Positions 10,170-23,174 are shown, counted from the first letter of the stretch. The stretch is 64,000 bases of DNA from Pristiophorus japonicus (GCF_044704955.1 NC_091999.1:10974001-11038000), one strand, 5' to 3'. Notes: generated by a model not told the origin, from the letters alone. Program-made: numbers and translations.

Positions 10170-12800
10170 CGAAGGTTTGCAATATTTAATTCCTGTAATG
10201 AAAAGGCTCTTCTATGCGTAGAGGTTTCATGGAATTAGTTTATATTCTCTGCCGTTTCGAAGAATGAGAGGTGATCTCATTGAAGCATATGAGCCTTTTC
10301 GTGTTCTTGATTTTATAGATGCTGAGAGGTTGTTTCCCTTGCCTGGAGAATCCAGAACTAGGGTTCATAAGAACATAAGAACATAAGAAATATGACCACG
10401 AGTAGGCCATTTGGCCCCTCAGAACTGCTCCACCATTCAATAAGATCATTGCATATCTGATCATCTGCCCGCTCCCCTTAACCCTTCACTCCCTTAACGC
10501 CCATAAATATGTCTATCTGCATCTTAAATATATTCAATGGCCCAGCCTCCACCGATCTCTTGGGCAGAGAATTCAACAGAGTTACAACCATTTGAGAGAA
10601 CAAATTCCTCCTCTTCTCAGTTTTAAATGGGCGACACATTATTCTGAAACAATCGACCCTAATTTGAGATTCTCCCTAAATGGAAACATCCTCTTTGCAT
10701 CTACATTGTCGAGACAACGCAATATCTTATATATCTCAAAAAGATCACGGCTCATTATTTTGAACTCCAATGAGTATAGGCCCAACCTGCTCACCCTTTC
10801 TTCATAAGTTAACCACTTCATCTCAGGAATCAATCTCGTGAACATTGTCTGAACTGCCTCCAATGCAAGAATATCACTCCTTAAATAAAGAGCCCAACAC
10901 TGTACGCATTACTCTAGTTGTGGCATCACCAGAAATCTGTACAGTTGTAGGAGGAATTCTCCGCAATAAAGGACAACATTCAATTTGATTTCCTGCTTTT
11001 TTGCAGTAACTGCATTCTAACTTTTTATACTTCATGCACAAGGACGCCCAGGTCCCTCCGTACTGCAGCATTTTGCAATTTCCGCCATTTAAATAAGAAT
11101 TTGCTTTTTTATTATATTTATCAAAGTGCATAACCTCACACTTTCCTACATTATACTCCATAGTCTCAGAATCCTCGCGGATCCAGGAACAATATCCTCG
11201 CACGGATGGTGGGGGTTGCTAGGGTTGATGGGGAGGTTATGAATAAGCTTGACAGGGGGGTGGGTACCCGAGAGTAGATTCAAAAGGGAGATAAACAACG
11301 CTGGAATTGGATAGCAGCAAATGTGAAAATAAAATTGTAGGCAGGGGAAACAAAAGCTGGAAAATAAATTGAGTTTGGCACTGCTAAAAGGTGTATACTC
11401 AAAGGAAGTGTGTACGGAACAATGCAGATGAAATGAGAGCACATATAGACACTTGGCAATATGATATTATAGCTATTACTGACAAATGGTTGAAAGAAGG
11501 GCAGGTATGTCAGCTCAACATTCCTGGTTACTGGATTTTCAGACGTGACAAAGAGGGAGATAAAAAGGAGGAAGGGTTGCAGCATTGATTTAAAAATCAA
11601 TTACAGCTGCGAGGAGGGTAGATATGTAGAAGGATCATCCAATAAAACCATATGTGTTGAATTTAAGAACAAAAAAGGGGCAATTACACTGCTGGGAGTA
11701 TACAGACCCTCAAACAGTCAGAGAGAATTCAATCCTGAAAAGCGTGAGGTAATCCCTTTGGGGAGGTCTAACAAGGCAAGGTAATACACATTAAATGGTA
11801 AGAGACTGAGAAATGTGGAGGAACATACGTACGTTCGGGTACATTTGCACGGATCCCTGAAGGTAGCAGCGCATGTATGTAACATGGTTAAGAAGGCAAA
11901 CAGAATACTTGCCTGATTCGAAGGGATACAGGTACTTGCATTATAGCGTGAACTGTTTAAAACATTAGTTAAGTCACAGCCAGAGTACAACGTACATTTC
12001 TGGTCACCACATTACATGAACGTGATTGCACTCGAGAGGGTACAGAGATTTGCGATGATGCTGCCTGGACTGAAGAGATTTTGCCATCAGGAAAGATTGA
12101 ATAGGCTGGGTTTGATTTCTTTGGAGAAAGGAATTTGAGGGGAGACCTTATTGAGGTGTATAAAATGAAGGGGGCCTACATAATGTAAATATGCGCATCT
12201 ATTTCGCTTAGTGGAGCGGTCAACAACCAGCGGGCATAGATTTAAATTAATTGGCAGACGGTTTAGTGGGGATTTGAAGGGAAATTTTTTCACCCAGTCG
12301 GGGTGGTTTTGAACTCACTGCCTGAAAGGTGATAGGGGCAGAAACCCTCATAGCACTTAAAAAGTATTTGGATGTGCTTTTGTATTTTCGAAACCTAATA
12401 CTCTATGGACCAAGTTTTGGAATGTGGGTTAAGGCCCTGATAGCTCTTTGTCATACAATGTGGAAACAATGGGCCGAAATGGCCTCTTTCCGTGCTTTAA
12501 GTGTCTATGATTCTATGATTCTATGATAAGGGCTCAGACATTTAGTTCTGCAGTGAGGAGCAATTGCTTCATTCAGAAGGTTGTGAAACTTTGGTATTCT
12601 CTATCCCAGAGGCCTGTGGATGCTGAATGGTGGACTATGTTCAAGACTGAGATCTATAGATTATTGGGAGTAATGGAATCAAGGGATATGGGATTTGGCC
12701 GGGAATGTGGATGTGATGTGCAATTTAAGCCATGATCTTATTGAATGCAGGAGCTGGCTAGATGGGAGATGAAGTCTACCCCTGCTCCTATTTCTTATAT
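10170..12800 (+). mobile_element. CR1 3' end (host) carrying two nested CR1 insertions
   Basis: Host pieces 10170-10368, 11159-11172 and 12526-12800 rejoin as agggttcat|agtctcagaat|aagggctcag. Inserts are a minus-strand CR1 (~10369-11158) and a plus-strand internally deleted CR1 (~11173-12525, ending in an ATTCTATG tail). Confidence 0.8.
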
Positions 12801-13047
12801 TCTTACTAAAGCAATTCCATGCATGTGGATTCTTCTAACTGTTCCCAGAGCACTTTCCAACTGTTTATCTCACGGTCTCTCGTTGAATTTCTCTCCCAGT
12901 ATCTCAATCTGTGTTTCACGCCCTATTTCTCCCTCAATTTTTTTCACTGTATCTATAACTATTTTTCTCTCTCTCTGTCTCTTCGTTAATGACAGATTTG
13001 AAAAGCAAGTAGAAAGACATTACCTCACGTACTACACCCTTTAAAAA

Positions 13048-13140
13048 AAGCAGCTCATCACCAACTTCTCAATGGCAATTAGGAATGATCAACAAATGCT
13101 GGCCGAGCCATCGACGCACCTCTCCAATGAAATAATAAAA
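13048..13140 (+). mobile_element. SINE/L2 3' tail fragment
   Basis: gcagctcatcaccaacttctcaatggcaattagg..aaatgctggcc..aataaaa. A similar relic lies at ~21855-21920. Confidence 0.6.
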
Positions 13141-13880
13141 ACCACGAATGGGCCACCAGGTAGCGCTCTTTTACGTCAATAGTTTTTATGCAGTGAAAAT
13201 ATCCAAGAGTTTTTTTTTGCATTCCTTTCCCGGGAGATTACATTCGATTAGCTCATGGTTACTGTTGTAGAAGGCCAGTGTAGTCAAAACTGTGTTGCCA
13301 TTGCAAACAGCGCATGCCACCTATAACCCGCCTCTGCCGTGACAACATTTCTGCAAAATTCCTCCACTCATTTCAAGCCCTTCCCATCCAAAACTCACTT
13401 TATCGGCTCTATTTAAATGGTGCAGAAGTATTAGCGTTAACATAGCTAACCTGTGCAGTCCCATCAGATAAAATAAAACTCCGTCTTTTCTGCCCCCTCA
13501 GTTTTCGAAACCAAATCCGAGAGGGAAATCCGTCAGTGTTTATCCCATTGCCCAATCAGACAGAGGAGACCTCTGCTCTCAGTTTGGATGGAGTTACTTT
13601 AGTTACCCGCCAGTACAGTATGCGTTAATGGTAAATTTGGCGGGTTTTGTGCAAGAAGATAAATGATAAACGGTGCAACCAGAGGGCGTGTTAGTTAGAA
13701 TAAAGCGTCAGCAGTAGCATTCCTCCCTGGTCTCAGTGAGGAAATAAAATATACTTACCATCATACCTGAAAATCACATCGACGATGACACATCAGAATA
13801 AGCCCGAAATAATCGAATTTCCAATAATATTCTTGATCCAATAGGATAAACTAAGAACTTGCATAAATTAGGGAAATACC

Positions 13881-14326
13881 ATGAATGGAATGATAATTTT
13901 CACTTTTTGATTTTAGGTGAGTGTCGGTGTGCTGAAAAACATTCGCTGTTAAAATTAATTTATTGTGTCTAATTTTCCACCTCCTTTGTATCTGCAGTTT
14001 TCGGTGGCGAGGCTGTGATCCACCGATCACAGCAGGTGTTTGCATAAAAGGGGGGATCGAGTAAAAGCCCGTGCAATGCGAGGACCAGCGGTTCTGATCG
14101 TATATTATGGTAGAGCCAACGTGCAGAACCGTGACCTGAAATTTATCATATCTACTATCCTGGCCAACGTCACTGATGGACGATTCAAATTCTTCATTGA
14201 CGCAATAAAAAGTTAAGAGGTTATAACATTCTCGTTATGGACAGCAACGCAGTCTCAGAGGCTGGAATTTATTACTGTGCAGTGAGGCACCGTGAGACAA
14301 AGGCTGGGCGCTCCAGTACAATATCT
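13881..14326 (+). pseudogene. TCR V pseudogene, family E, with 23-RSS
   Basis: Leader relic with gtgagt donor; acceptor at 13997; stops and frameshifts; ..DGRFKFFID..GYNILVMDSNAVSEAGIYYCAVR; RSS CACCGTG (14288-14294), 23 bp, ACAATATCT (14318-14326). Confidence 0.88.
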
Positions 14327-14868
14327 CTTGCAATTTCCGATCAGCCAATCTTAGCATGCTTCCACAGCTCTCCTGAATATGTAGTCTCCTTTGTTGTGTA
14401 CAGTTCCATTCATCCGGTAAGGAAAGGGTTAATCAGAACTTCTTGCAAGATGTTGACTCCTTCCTTCTGTACAGTTTGACAAGCTCTATTCTTTCTGCAA
14501 GGGAAGGGTTCATCACATTGACCTAACATCTATTAAAGTTCTACTGCTACTGATTTCTTTGCATATTGTAATTATTTTCTCTCATATTGTTGGTGACTTT
14601 TGTCAGATCTACCACATCCTGGTGTTCAAATCCCTCAGGACTCAGAGGCCTTCTATATCCCACTTTCTATTGGCTATGGGTAGTTCTAATAGTAAGTGAG
14701 CATTTTTTTAATGGGAGTCACCTACACTGATAACAGAAGAGCATTAACTATTTCGCTTCACTGCCTCTATCTCACCTGTTAAATGACCGACATTGGGTTT
14801 AATTCCCGTCCAGTTCTCTGTTGTGAGAACAATTTCATTCCGTTTAGCGCTGCTCGCTTTCATGTACT

Positions 14869-14957
14869 CAATTGGAGAACAGAGGAACTGTGAGCCGATT
14901 GCATCAATTGGAGAACAAAGGATCTGTGAACTGATTCGACGAATTGCAGAAAAAAGA
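14869..14957 (+). repeat. 36-bp CCAAT-containing tandem repeat (~2.5 units) in a V promoter
   Basis: caattggagaacagaggaactgtgagccgattgcat / caattggagaacaaaggatctgtgaactgattcgac / gaattgcagaaaaaaga. Confidence 0.75.
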
Positions 14958-15093
14958 CCCGCCTGCTGACACGGACAGGAATGAACCAATCGGCAAAAAC
15001 ACCGGATATTAATCAACATCTTCACAACTTTTGATTAAAACTATTTCAGGTTCAAACCGTGCTGTTCCAATCCGCAATCAACTCTCTGTAAAT

Positions 15094-15636
15094 ATGTTGG
15101 GTGTAACGTGTTTATTCAATCGTCACAGCTGCAGCTCTCTTAACTGGTACAGTTTACAAGTACAAAATCTTCTTCCTGTTGCCATTGAAATATTTATAAC
15201 GTTGTTTTCTCTCTATTTGCAATATTTTCCGTGACGTAATGATTTAGTTACAACAAAGTGATGAAAAATGGTTGAAGTTCTGTATTCTCAATTTCTGCAG
15301 CTGTTTGTGGCACAGACTCAATCTCACAGGGGCTGGTGACTGCGACACAGTTTGAAGGAGATGCGGTGACAATTAATTACAGCTATTCCTCTGATTCCTT
15401 ACAGCGGTACTGACAGGGCAGCGAAAAAGGACCCACAATCTTAATCAACCTCCCATCATACGGGGATGTTTTCAGAGCAGAGGGCGTGGCTGCTCGATTT
15501 TCCACATCTCTTGATACTTCGCAACGTGAGGGGAATTTCACCATCGGCGACTTACGGCTGTTTGACAGTGCGGTGTATTCCTGTGGGCAGAAACTGACAC
15601 AGGGGCAGGAACCAAAGGGAGACTCGTATAAAACCG
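15094..15636 (+). pseudogene. TCR alpha V pseudogene, family F, with 23-RSS
   Basis: Frameshifted leader 15094-15146; exon from 15301 reads DSISQGLVTATQFEGDAVTINYSYSSDSLQRY*QGSEKGPTILINLPSYGDVFRAEGVAARFSTSLDTSQREGNFTIGDLRLFDSAVYSCGQK; RSS CACAGGG, 23 bp, ATAAAACCG. Confidence 0.9.
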
Positions 15637-16039
15637 CTGCCGCAATGTGACAAAGTCAAGGGGTCAGTGGGAAAACCGGGAATAAACCGGGACTGGTAGT
15701 ACTAATCGCAGGAGAGTGTCCATCCAAATCAAACAAATGAGTAGCTATCCATATGGAATAATGTTTAATATTAATAACAATCTTGCTGTTACTATCATAA
15801 TAAGTTGTTTGATAGACAATGCTTCCAATCCATGTTCATATCATGGGCACCTCAAACTTTCAATCTTAGTGAAACAGATAAAAAAACAGTTCTGATTCAT
15901 TGTCAGAATCGCAAGCAGACCTCACGCTCCAGTCGGCAGGAAAATAACTTAATGGTGGGGCAATTCAGGAATGAATTTAGAAATCATTAGAGGGATTCAA
16001 AAACATCAGAACAACGCGGCCTCCCCTGAAATGTGACCC

Positions 16040-16360
16040 ACAACCCAAATCCCGACGGCTGTACGAGGTGCTGACGGTACCAGCACACATAACGTGACGG
16101 ACCACTTGCTTTCAAGGCTCGTGTTACATCACATTGCCTCTTTAACCGTAATTTCCGGAACTGGAGGTTCTACTGTGTCTTGGTGGTCTACTTCTGACAT
16201 AATAAAATAGTAATAGTTATTATCATCACTGTCACCACTTGGTCAATAATAACAGCTGGGTTGCAGCAGTCTGGGGGCGAATAGATTTTTACTGGGAAGG
16301 AAATCCTTACTGAGAAGAGATTTAATGATGAGGAGTGGCGAAGGATGGTGCCGGATGATC
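16040..16360 (-). pseudogene. TCR V pseudogene, family A, truncated after FR2
   Basis: Leader relic without ATG (..PLLIIKSLL, gtaagg donor); DTVEPPVPEITVKE..YVCWYRQHLVQP. Same post-FR2 junction (ggggtcacatttcaggggag) as the copy at 1-360. Confidence 0.8.
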
Positions 16361-17300
16361 GTCCCTGAGTCTGATGCACTGCAGTCTGGAAAATCCTCTG
16401 TCGGGACGGAAATACAGAGCCCCACTCCACTGTACTTCTGATCCAAACAATGACGAAGAGGGAGCAGTGGCATCAATCTCTCCAATAACAAAAGGCGGGT
16501 CAGAGCAAGAGCAGCAAACGGAAGGTGTGGGTGGGGCAGCCGCAGATACACAATTGAGTGAATTCAACTCTCTGTGCAACCGCAGAAAGTGCGCAGCGCC
16601 AATCAACTGAAATCGCAGCTGATGTAATGGAAAGGGTGTTGGCGTGGTGGAGAAGTCTGTGGCCAAACTGGTCCTGCTCACTGAGCAAGTGAATTGAAAT
16701 AAATAGAGTGGGAGGAAGAAGAAATGTTTGCACAGCTTCAGAAATATTCCTTATGAACCAGCTCAAATCTAGAGTTTGGAGATGCAATATCTGGCACAGG
16801 TCTTTTATATATGATCCATAAAACATAAATCCCCTCAATGACGTTATTTTAAATCGAATTGAACAAAATCCGCCAGCAGACGGTGCCAAACTCAAGTGTA
16901 GGAATTGGAAAGTCACGTGATGCAAACATCAAAGCCAACAATGACCGCAGGCAAAGGAAGTCACAAATGGGTCGCCCCCTGCAGCGTGTGGGTGGAACGG
17001 TGAGCTGGACAGGCCGCGGGTTACCTCTATCCCTCTCAAACTCTGCCTCATTCCATTCGAAGTTACTGCGAGTGATTCAATCAGACTTATTTCTCATAAT
17101 ACAGGCGGCTGTGCAGTAAGTACTGAATTATTTGAAAAACCCAAGTTAGCAGACTGATGCAAAGAATTTGTCAGGCAATCTGATCTCTCCATACAATGAA
17201 TAGCTGGGTTCATGGGAGGTTACATACACACACACAGATAGACACAAGTTGTAATCGATAATGCGTAAGCTCATGTTCTACTGTTCTCCTTTCTTCACAG

Positions 17301-17582
17301 GCGATCATGTGCGAATCCAGTAGCTCAGTCTCCGGTGACAATAGAGGTGTCATCAGGGTGTTCGCTGCATTAAGATTGCGAATATACAACCCTGGATATT
17401 GACATCGTGCAATGGTGTCGGCAGAAGCCGGTAGAGGCTCAAAGCTCAATAATTAGATAATATCCACACTAATGGGAGGCGAAATATCAGGACAATATTA
17501 GGTGGCTACAAGCAAGTGTAGAAAGAACATTTACCTAAGTGTGCAGGACGGGGGGTCAATCACTGTGTAGTGAAGTACAGCG
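17301..17582 (+). pseudogene. TCR V pseudogene, family B
   Basis: Acceptor ttcacag; NPVAQSPVTIEVSSGCSLH*DCEYTTLDIDIVQWCRQKP...NHCVVK; degenerate heptamer TACAGCG. Paralog of 990-1310. Confidence 0.78.
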
Positions 17583-17626
17583 TGAAAAGGCCCCGGACAT
17601 TAATTTCAGCATGTATTTATAGTTGC

Positions 17627-18135
17627 ATAAGAACATAACAACAGAAGACATAGGAGTATTAGTAGGCCCTAAGGCCTCTAGAATCAGCTCTGCCATTCAA
17701 TAAGATCATGGCTGATCTGACCATGGACTCAGCTCCACTTCTCCGCCCGCTCCCAATAACCCTTTATGCCCTTATCATTGAAGAAACTGTCTACATCTGC
17801 CTCAAATTTATTCAATGTCCCAGGTTCCACAGCTCTCTGAGGCAGCTAATTTCACAGATTTACAACCCTCTGAGAGAAGAAATGTCTCTGCTTTAAATGG
17901 GCGTCCACTTATTCTTAGATCATGCCCTCTAGTTGCAGCCTCCCACATCGGTGGAAACATCCTTACTGTATTCCACTTGTCAAGCCCCCGCATAATCTTA
18001 TGTTTCGATAAGATCACCTCTCATTTTTCTGAATTCCAATGAGTAGAGGCCCAACCTAATCAACATTTCCACATAAGTCAACCCCGTCAGCCGCCGGAAT
18101 CAACCTGGTGAACATTCTCTGAACTGTCTCCAACC
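17627..18135 (-). mobile_element. CR1 3' fragment
   Basis: Reverse-strand CR1 3' UTR and VQRMFTRLIP region; abuts and probably removed the RSS of the adjacent V relic. Confidence 0.85.
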
Positions 18136-18149
18136 ATGAGATCTTTCGT

Positions 18150-18600
18150 GCTTTTCTGTCTGGGGTTAGTTTGATCAGAAAGTGACGAAGACCAAATTCT
18201 GTCATTTTGCGAGAGGAAATACGTGTTGCATTCGTGTCCTGATCCTTGTCCAAATCTGCAGAGAACTGATCTGGGAAATACAGAGAATTATCAACCTGCC
18301 CGAAGTGATAACTCCTCTGGAAGTATCTCAGAGCTTACCAGGGGTGCTGATGTAGCAGCAGAGGAAGGACAAACTATCGGATCTGGAGAACCTACATATG
18401 AGTATTATGGTCTGTTCATCTAACCGTTAATTCAGATGGATACTAGCATACTGCGCCTGCACCCCTGGTTGCTGTAACAAAACACAAAATGTGTGAAAGT
18501 TCATGGATTGTACATAACCCATGAAGCACATACTGAGCATGTATACATATACTCACCGGGTAGCACGACAATTATCAGCAAGGCACAAGGGTAGTACACG
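18150..18600 (-). pseudogene. TCR V pseudogene, family C
   Basis: Leader relic with gtgagt donor (18556); acceptor 18472; ..YPSELTV..TIILICRFSRSD..DQFSADLDKDQ. Paralog of 1380-1761. Confidence 0.75.
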
Positions 18601-18801
18601 GGGAGCCCTTCTTAGAGTGCGACAGAAAAGAGCAAATTTTTAATAAAATGTTGAATCTTCTCGTCTGATGTTAAAGAGTAAACTGAGATCCGGAGCAGGT
18701 TTCCCTTATTGGGAGTCTGAAGGGGCGTTCACAGGGACAGTGTTATAAATCATCCAGCGCTCTAATAACGGCAGAGGATAGAAGACCTGAGGCCCACGGA
18801 A

Positions 18802-19499
18802 GGTTTTTGTACTCTCTCTGCTGATCTTGCTAGCACTGTGTCTTCACCGCACAGAAAAGGTTGCGGCGTCTGTTGCTCGAGCGTCACCAACAATTAGAGC
18901 ACTGCGCTTCTCTGTTGAACTGAACCGAGCCGCGATCCTGCTCTGATCGCTGGTACCAGTTGCTAGGTGCTGCACAGTTCTCCTCGGGTATTGTCTATAC
19001 CATTGCACGATCAGTCCTGCGACTGTGCTGATGCAGGTCAGTGATACATTATCCCCTTCGTTTAAAACCACTGGTTGGAAAACTGCGATACGTCTTCACT
19101 GCCCATGGCACCTAAGACGGGTATTTAGATTTTAATATGATGTAAAATTATATCATATGATATAATATATCATATGAGAAGTAGATATACTATAATAGAA
19201 TACACAATAAATTATTATATCATATAATTAATACAATGTAATTAATATCATATAATTTTATAACGTAATAAAGTAGAATATAACATAATATAACCTCAAG
19301 CAATATAACACAATACAACTTAATATAATACAATGTAGTTAAAATACAATATAAAATAACATAAAATAATAATATATAAACAATAAAAAATACATTTAAG
19401 ATGTTAAATATTTCCAACAGACTGATTGTGACGACACTCACAGGAAGGGGAAAGTAAGAAATTCAGGGAGATAATCACTAAAGTAAAGTCCAGCCTCAT
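18802..19499 (-). pseudogene. TCR V pseudogene, family D, with consensus 23-RSS
   Basis: Intact leader MRLDFTLVIISLNFLLSPS (19442-19499); AT-rich intron; exon 18841-19111 with two frameshifts (..NEGDNVSLTCISTVAGLIVQWYRQYP..ARFS..DAAT/FCAVK); RSS CACAGTG (18840-18834), 23 bp, ACAAAAACC (18810-18802). Confidence 0.9.
19130..19410. repeat. AT-rich low-complexity tract within the V intron
   Basis: Runs of ataat/aatat/taata. Confidence 0.85.
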
Positions 19500-20569
19500 G
19501 TCGGATCCTTTCGACTTATGTAAAGGAACCGCCAGTGGCTCAAGGCCGAGACAATTCCTGGAGAAGGCATCGCTGTTGTGTATCAATCTGAGCACAATAT
19601 CCCACTCTGCCCGGCACAAACGTGCCTCTGGGACTAAAGAGGTGAACCTGTGAGGGCGGCTCGGGGCTCAGCATTGATGGGGTTTGGGGGACGGTACCGC
19701 GCATGTATCGGGACATCCGCATGTGATTCTGAATGAAATAGGCAGAGCGAGAGGACAAATAGTGAACAATGTCTGCGAGTTCAGCTCAAAGAGGACCCGG
19801 CCTCCAGATGGCGCTGACTGACCATTGTTTCCCACGTGGGTCACGTTTCATCAAAACATACGGACTGATTTGTTTTTGATAAAAATTAATGGGAAATTCC
19901 TCCTCCCCTCTCAGATTTATGGTCACTTATATTATATTGTCCACTTACAGTTGAACAGTTCCACACATTACTTGACTGTAAATGAGCTTGTCAACATAAG
20001 TTGATAGTTTCTGTAAATATATTTCTCATTACTAATTACAATTGCGAATGCATTGGTCTTGTTTTATATTATCCAACATCTGATTTCACCAACAAAATGG
20101 AAACCCAACTCAGAGATGAAGTTGTTTGTAGCTAAAATAATAACGCTGGAAATCCTTGCTCGAGCCTGGAAATAACACTGTTCTTATAGAGAAGTGGAGT
20201 TACATTGTTCCTAAGGGTACAGTATTATTGAAGTAATTTCCTTGCACATGTATTGTCTGTGTTGTACAGCTGAATGCTGCAATTAAACAAATGGCGCCAA
20301 CAGATATTAAATCAGTTTGAACCTGTCAATGTGAACATCTCTTGTATAGTGACGCTAGACACTGGCGAATATCCCAACGGTTCTCCGCTGCATTCCTTGC
20401 GCATGTGGGGCATTTATTCCACTCTCTTTTAAATTCACCGCCAGCTATTTAAACACCATGCATGAAGTATTTATGTTCTTCATTGTCCCTTCTCATGTAC
20501 AATACTTTACACTTTTCTAGATTAAGTTACATCTGCCATAATCGTCTTTATTTATCCTGTCTCGCGTGG

Positions 20570-20880
20570 GTGAGTCCATCCATCGGGACCGCTAACGTTA
20601 ATTTCTCTCCATGTATTCCACAGTCCCCGTTGCCTGATCAGTGACTCTGTCCGACACATGGACCACCCCAGTCACCACCAGAAATGGAGACGCTTTAATC
20701 CCTTTTGTCTGGGCCGTTTACCACAGCAGATAGAATTGCTTCGGACCCATTGCATTGATCCACCATAGTGAACAGACACCAATCGCTTCTGACGTTTACA
20801 AAGTGACACCAGACTAAATATCGGGTGCGTCGGTTTGAAATACGTCAGCTATTTGGTTTTGGACATAGAAGAGCCACGCT
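20570..20880 (+). pseudogene. Heavily decayed V relic
   Basis: gtgagt donor followed by a ccacag acceptor (~20623), then fragments SDSV, NRF..RLNIGCV and SAIWFW in different frames. Confidence 0.4.
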
Positions 20881-20934
20881 ATAAGGATCAGCTACCTTTA
20901 CCGGTAGCTAGCAAATGATAACATCGGTTATCTT

Positions 20935-21090
20935 AGCCCTTACTACTAAGGGGATCAAGGGGTATGGCGAGAAAGCAGGAATGGGGTACTGAAGTTGCAT
21001 GTTCAGCCATGAACTCATTGAATGGCGGTGCAGGCTCTAAGGGCCGAATGGCCAACTCCTGCACCTATTTTCTATGTTTCTATGTTTCTA
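20935..21090 (+). mobile_element. CR1 extreme 3' end
   Basis: ggatcaaggggtatggcgagaaagcagg... followed by a (TTCTATGT)n tail. Confidence 0.88.
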
Positions 21091-21287
21091 TTATCGATCT
21101 TACCAAACATACAGACAGATTTGCAGACAATCGACAGCGCTGGAATTTACATATCCAATATCTTGCAGTACAGTACGTCGAATCGGGACATTCAAATTCT
21201 TATTTCCATGTAAGTATTCTGACTTCAGCATACTAGATTGGAAAATAAACCTGTTGAACGTGTTGCGTGTTTGTCTTTTCTTACCAG

Positions 21288-21611
21288 GGGTCTGTTGTTA
21301 GGACGTAATATCGCAAACCGAGCAGGTGACGGCCGCGGATAGACATTCATTTCAAATCCAGTGCGATGTGACCACCAGCCACAGTTATAGGGTTTTGTGT
21401 TACCGACAATTACCAGGCCGGACACCGGAATTTACAGTCTCCGCCTATCAAACTAATACAACCGACGATAGTGGACAGTTCAATTTGTTTGTTGACAAAA
21501 AGATTGGTTATAATATTTTCGGTGTGCTGAAAGTCACCGCTTCGTCTCCGGGCTGTTTACTACTCAAAGATGCATACTGAGGCAAACAGTGACACACCCA
21601 TCATAATTATG
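21288..21611 (+). pseudogene. TCR V pseudogene, family E
   Basis: Donor gtaagt ~21210; VCC*DVISQTEQVTAADRHSFQIQCDVTTSHSYRVLCYRQLPGRTPEFTVSAY..GYNIF../AVYYS; degenerate RSS CATACTG, 23 bp, ATAATTATG. Confidence 0.82.
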
Positions 21612-22530
21612 TTCATTCCTCTTATTAATCGATATCAGGATATTTATTCTCATAAGCCTGTGTGTCGCTTTGGAAAACAAAGATTTATAATTGTATTATT
21701 GCCATTTAATGTCAGCTGACAAAGATATACAGGGTTACAGTAAGGGTGAATGAGGTAGCCACCTCAAAGGACCGGATTTAGTCAGTAACCGTGATTTCAC
21801 TGGTGCACATCAAATATAGTGGCGTCATATTACTAAATACTTATTAAGAACCTATCAGGTATGGCCACTAAATTCTGGCCTTGCCAGCGTCGAATGCATC
21901 CAGCGAATGAATTAAAAATAACTTCGCATAACTTTATATGGCATTTTCAGATTTATTATTTATTGTTACTTCAAATGAAATAAATGAAAATGGAAGTTAC
22001 TAAAATATTTAGATCCGCGGGGGTTTAATCTCTCCCTGCAGTAAACCTCCTCTTCTCATTAAAATAAATAGGAAAGCAATCCAAATTATTCTGGGAGAGA
22101 GCACTTCGTTTGACAAATTCGACAAATACACATTTATCCAAAACCACCAACAGCAGGGGGAACGCCTGTCCGTCAGGAGTTTTCACGTTGCTATAGAACT
22201 TAAAGCACAATCAAAAAATTGCAGGTTTCCTTTGCCTAAGACAACGAAAGCATCGAGATCAGAGACCATATGAACTCACGGTAACGAAGTAAATATTCAT
22301 TTAAAGGAGTAAAGGTGGAGTAAAATTTAGGGGTTCAGATTCAGAAAGTTAGGAACAAGGTGTGAAATTCTTTGATTCCAAGATCGTGATGACTATTTCA
22401 GATTTAAATGCGACACAGATCAAATCATTCTGAACATTTTAATCTGTTATTACACATAGGTGTCAGAGGCATTCCAGATTCAAGAGTTCGTTGTTTTGAG
22501 ATACAGCCAATCCACGCCTGGGACTGGGAA

Positions 22531-22538
22531 TGACGTCA
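22531..22538. promoter_or_regulatory. CRE palindrome TGACGTCA flanked by CCAAT boxes upstream of a V pseudogene
   Basis: Exact TGACGTCA about 220 bp upstream of the leader relic. CRE motifs are typical of TCR V promoters. Confidence 0.4.
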
Positions 22539-22853
22539 GGTGACAACATCCCATAATAGGCCAATTGATGAGAATGTCGCACACTGTATGAGGCGAATGT
22601 AAAGCTCTCCTCTCACATCCCTGTCATCACGATTAAAATTCAGGGATTCGGCCAAACAGTCCAGTTTGGAAATCAGACCCGAATTGATCCGCTTTTGTCC
22701 ATCTTTATCGTCATCAACAAGAACCTCTGTAAGGACCAATTTCCAGATGGAGCAATGGTGCTGTTATGTGAGTTTATTTATCCGATCAGACGCCTTGACT
22801 TTAGCAATTTCTTATCATCTTGTGTTTGGTGAGTGACTTTGTTTTTTTCACAG

Positions 22854-23174
22854 ACGTTCTGTGCGAGGATCGGAGCTCACACCCTCAGCATGTGGTGTCA
22901 CGGTAAGGACAACGGGCTGAACTGGACTGCGGGCTCTCCTTTGGTGCTATGGATTCCACAGCTTGGTGCAAACAACTACTGACAGGGCCGCCAACATTTA
23001 TCGGCTCCATATACCAGGGGAATGAGAGTACAGGGCGCTACAAACTGTCCTTTGACCGAGCAAAGAAGTCCAACTCCATCTCAATAGATGGAACCGCGGC
23101 CAGAGGCGCCGGAGTGTATCACTGTGTGGTGCAGACTAGGTGAGGCGAAGATCGGCTCCAGCTGCACAGTATCT
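22854..23174 (+). pseudogene. TCR V pseudogene
   Basis: EDRSSHPQHVVSR*GQRAELDCGLSFGAMDSTAWCKQLLTGPPTFIGSIYQGNESTGRYKLSFDRAKKSNSISIDGTAARGAGVYHCVVQ; degenerate RSS CTAGGTG, 23 bp, ACAGTATCT. Confidence 0.85.
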
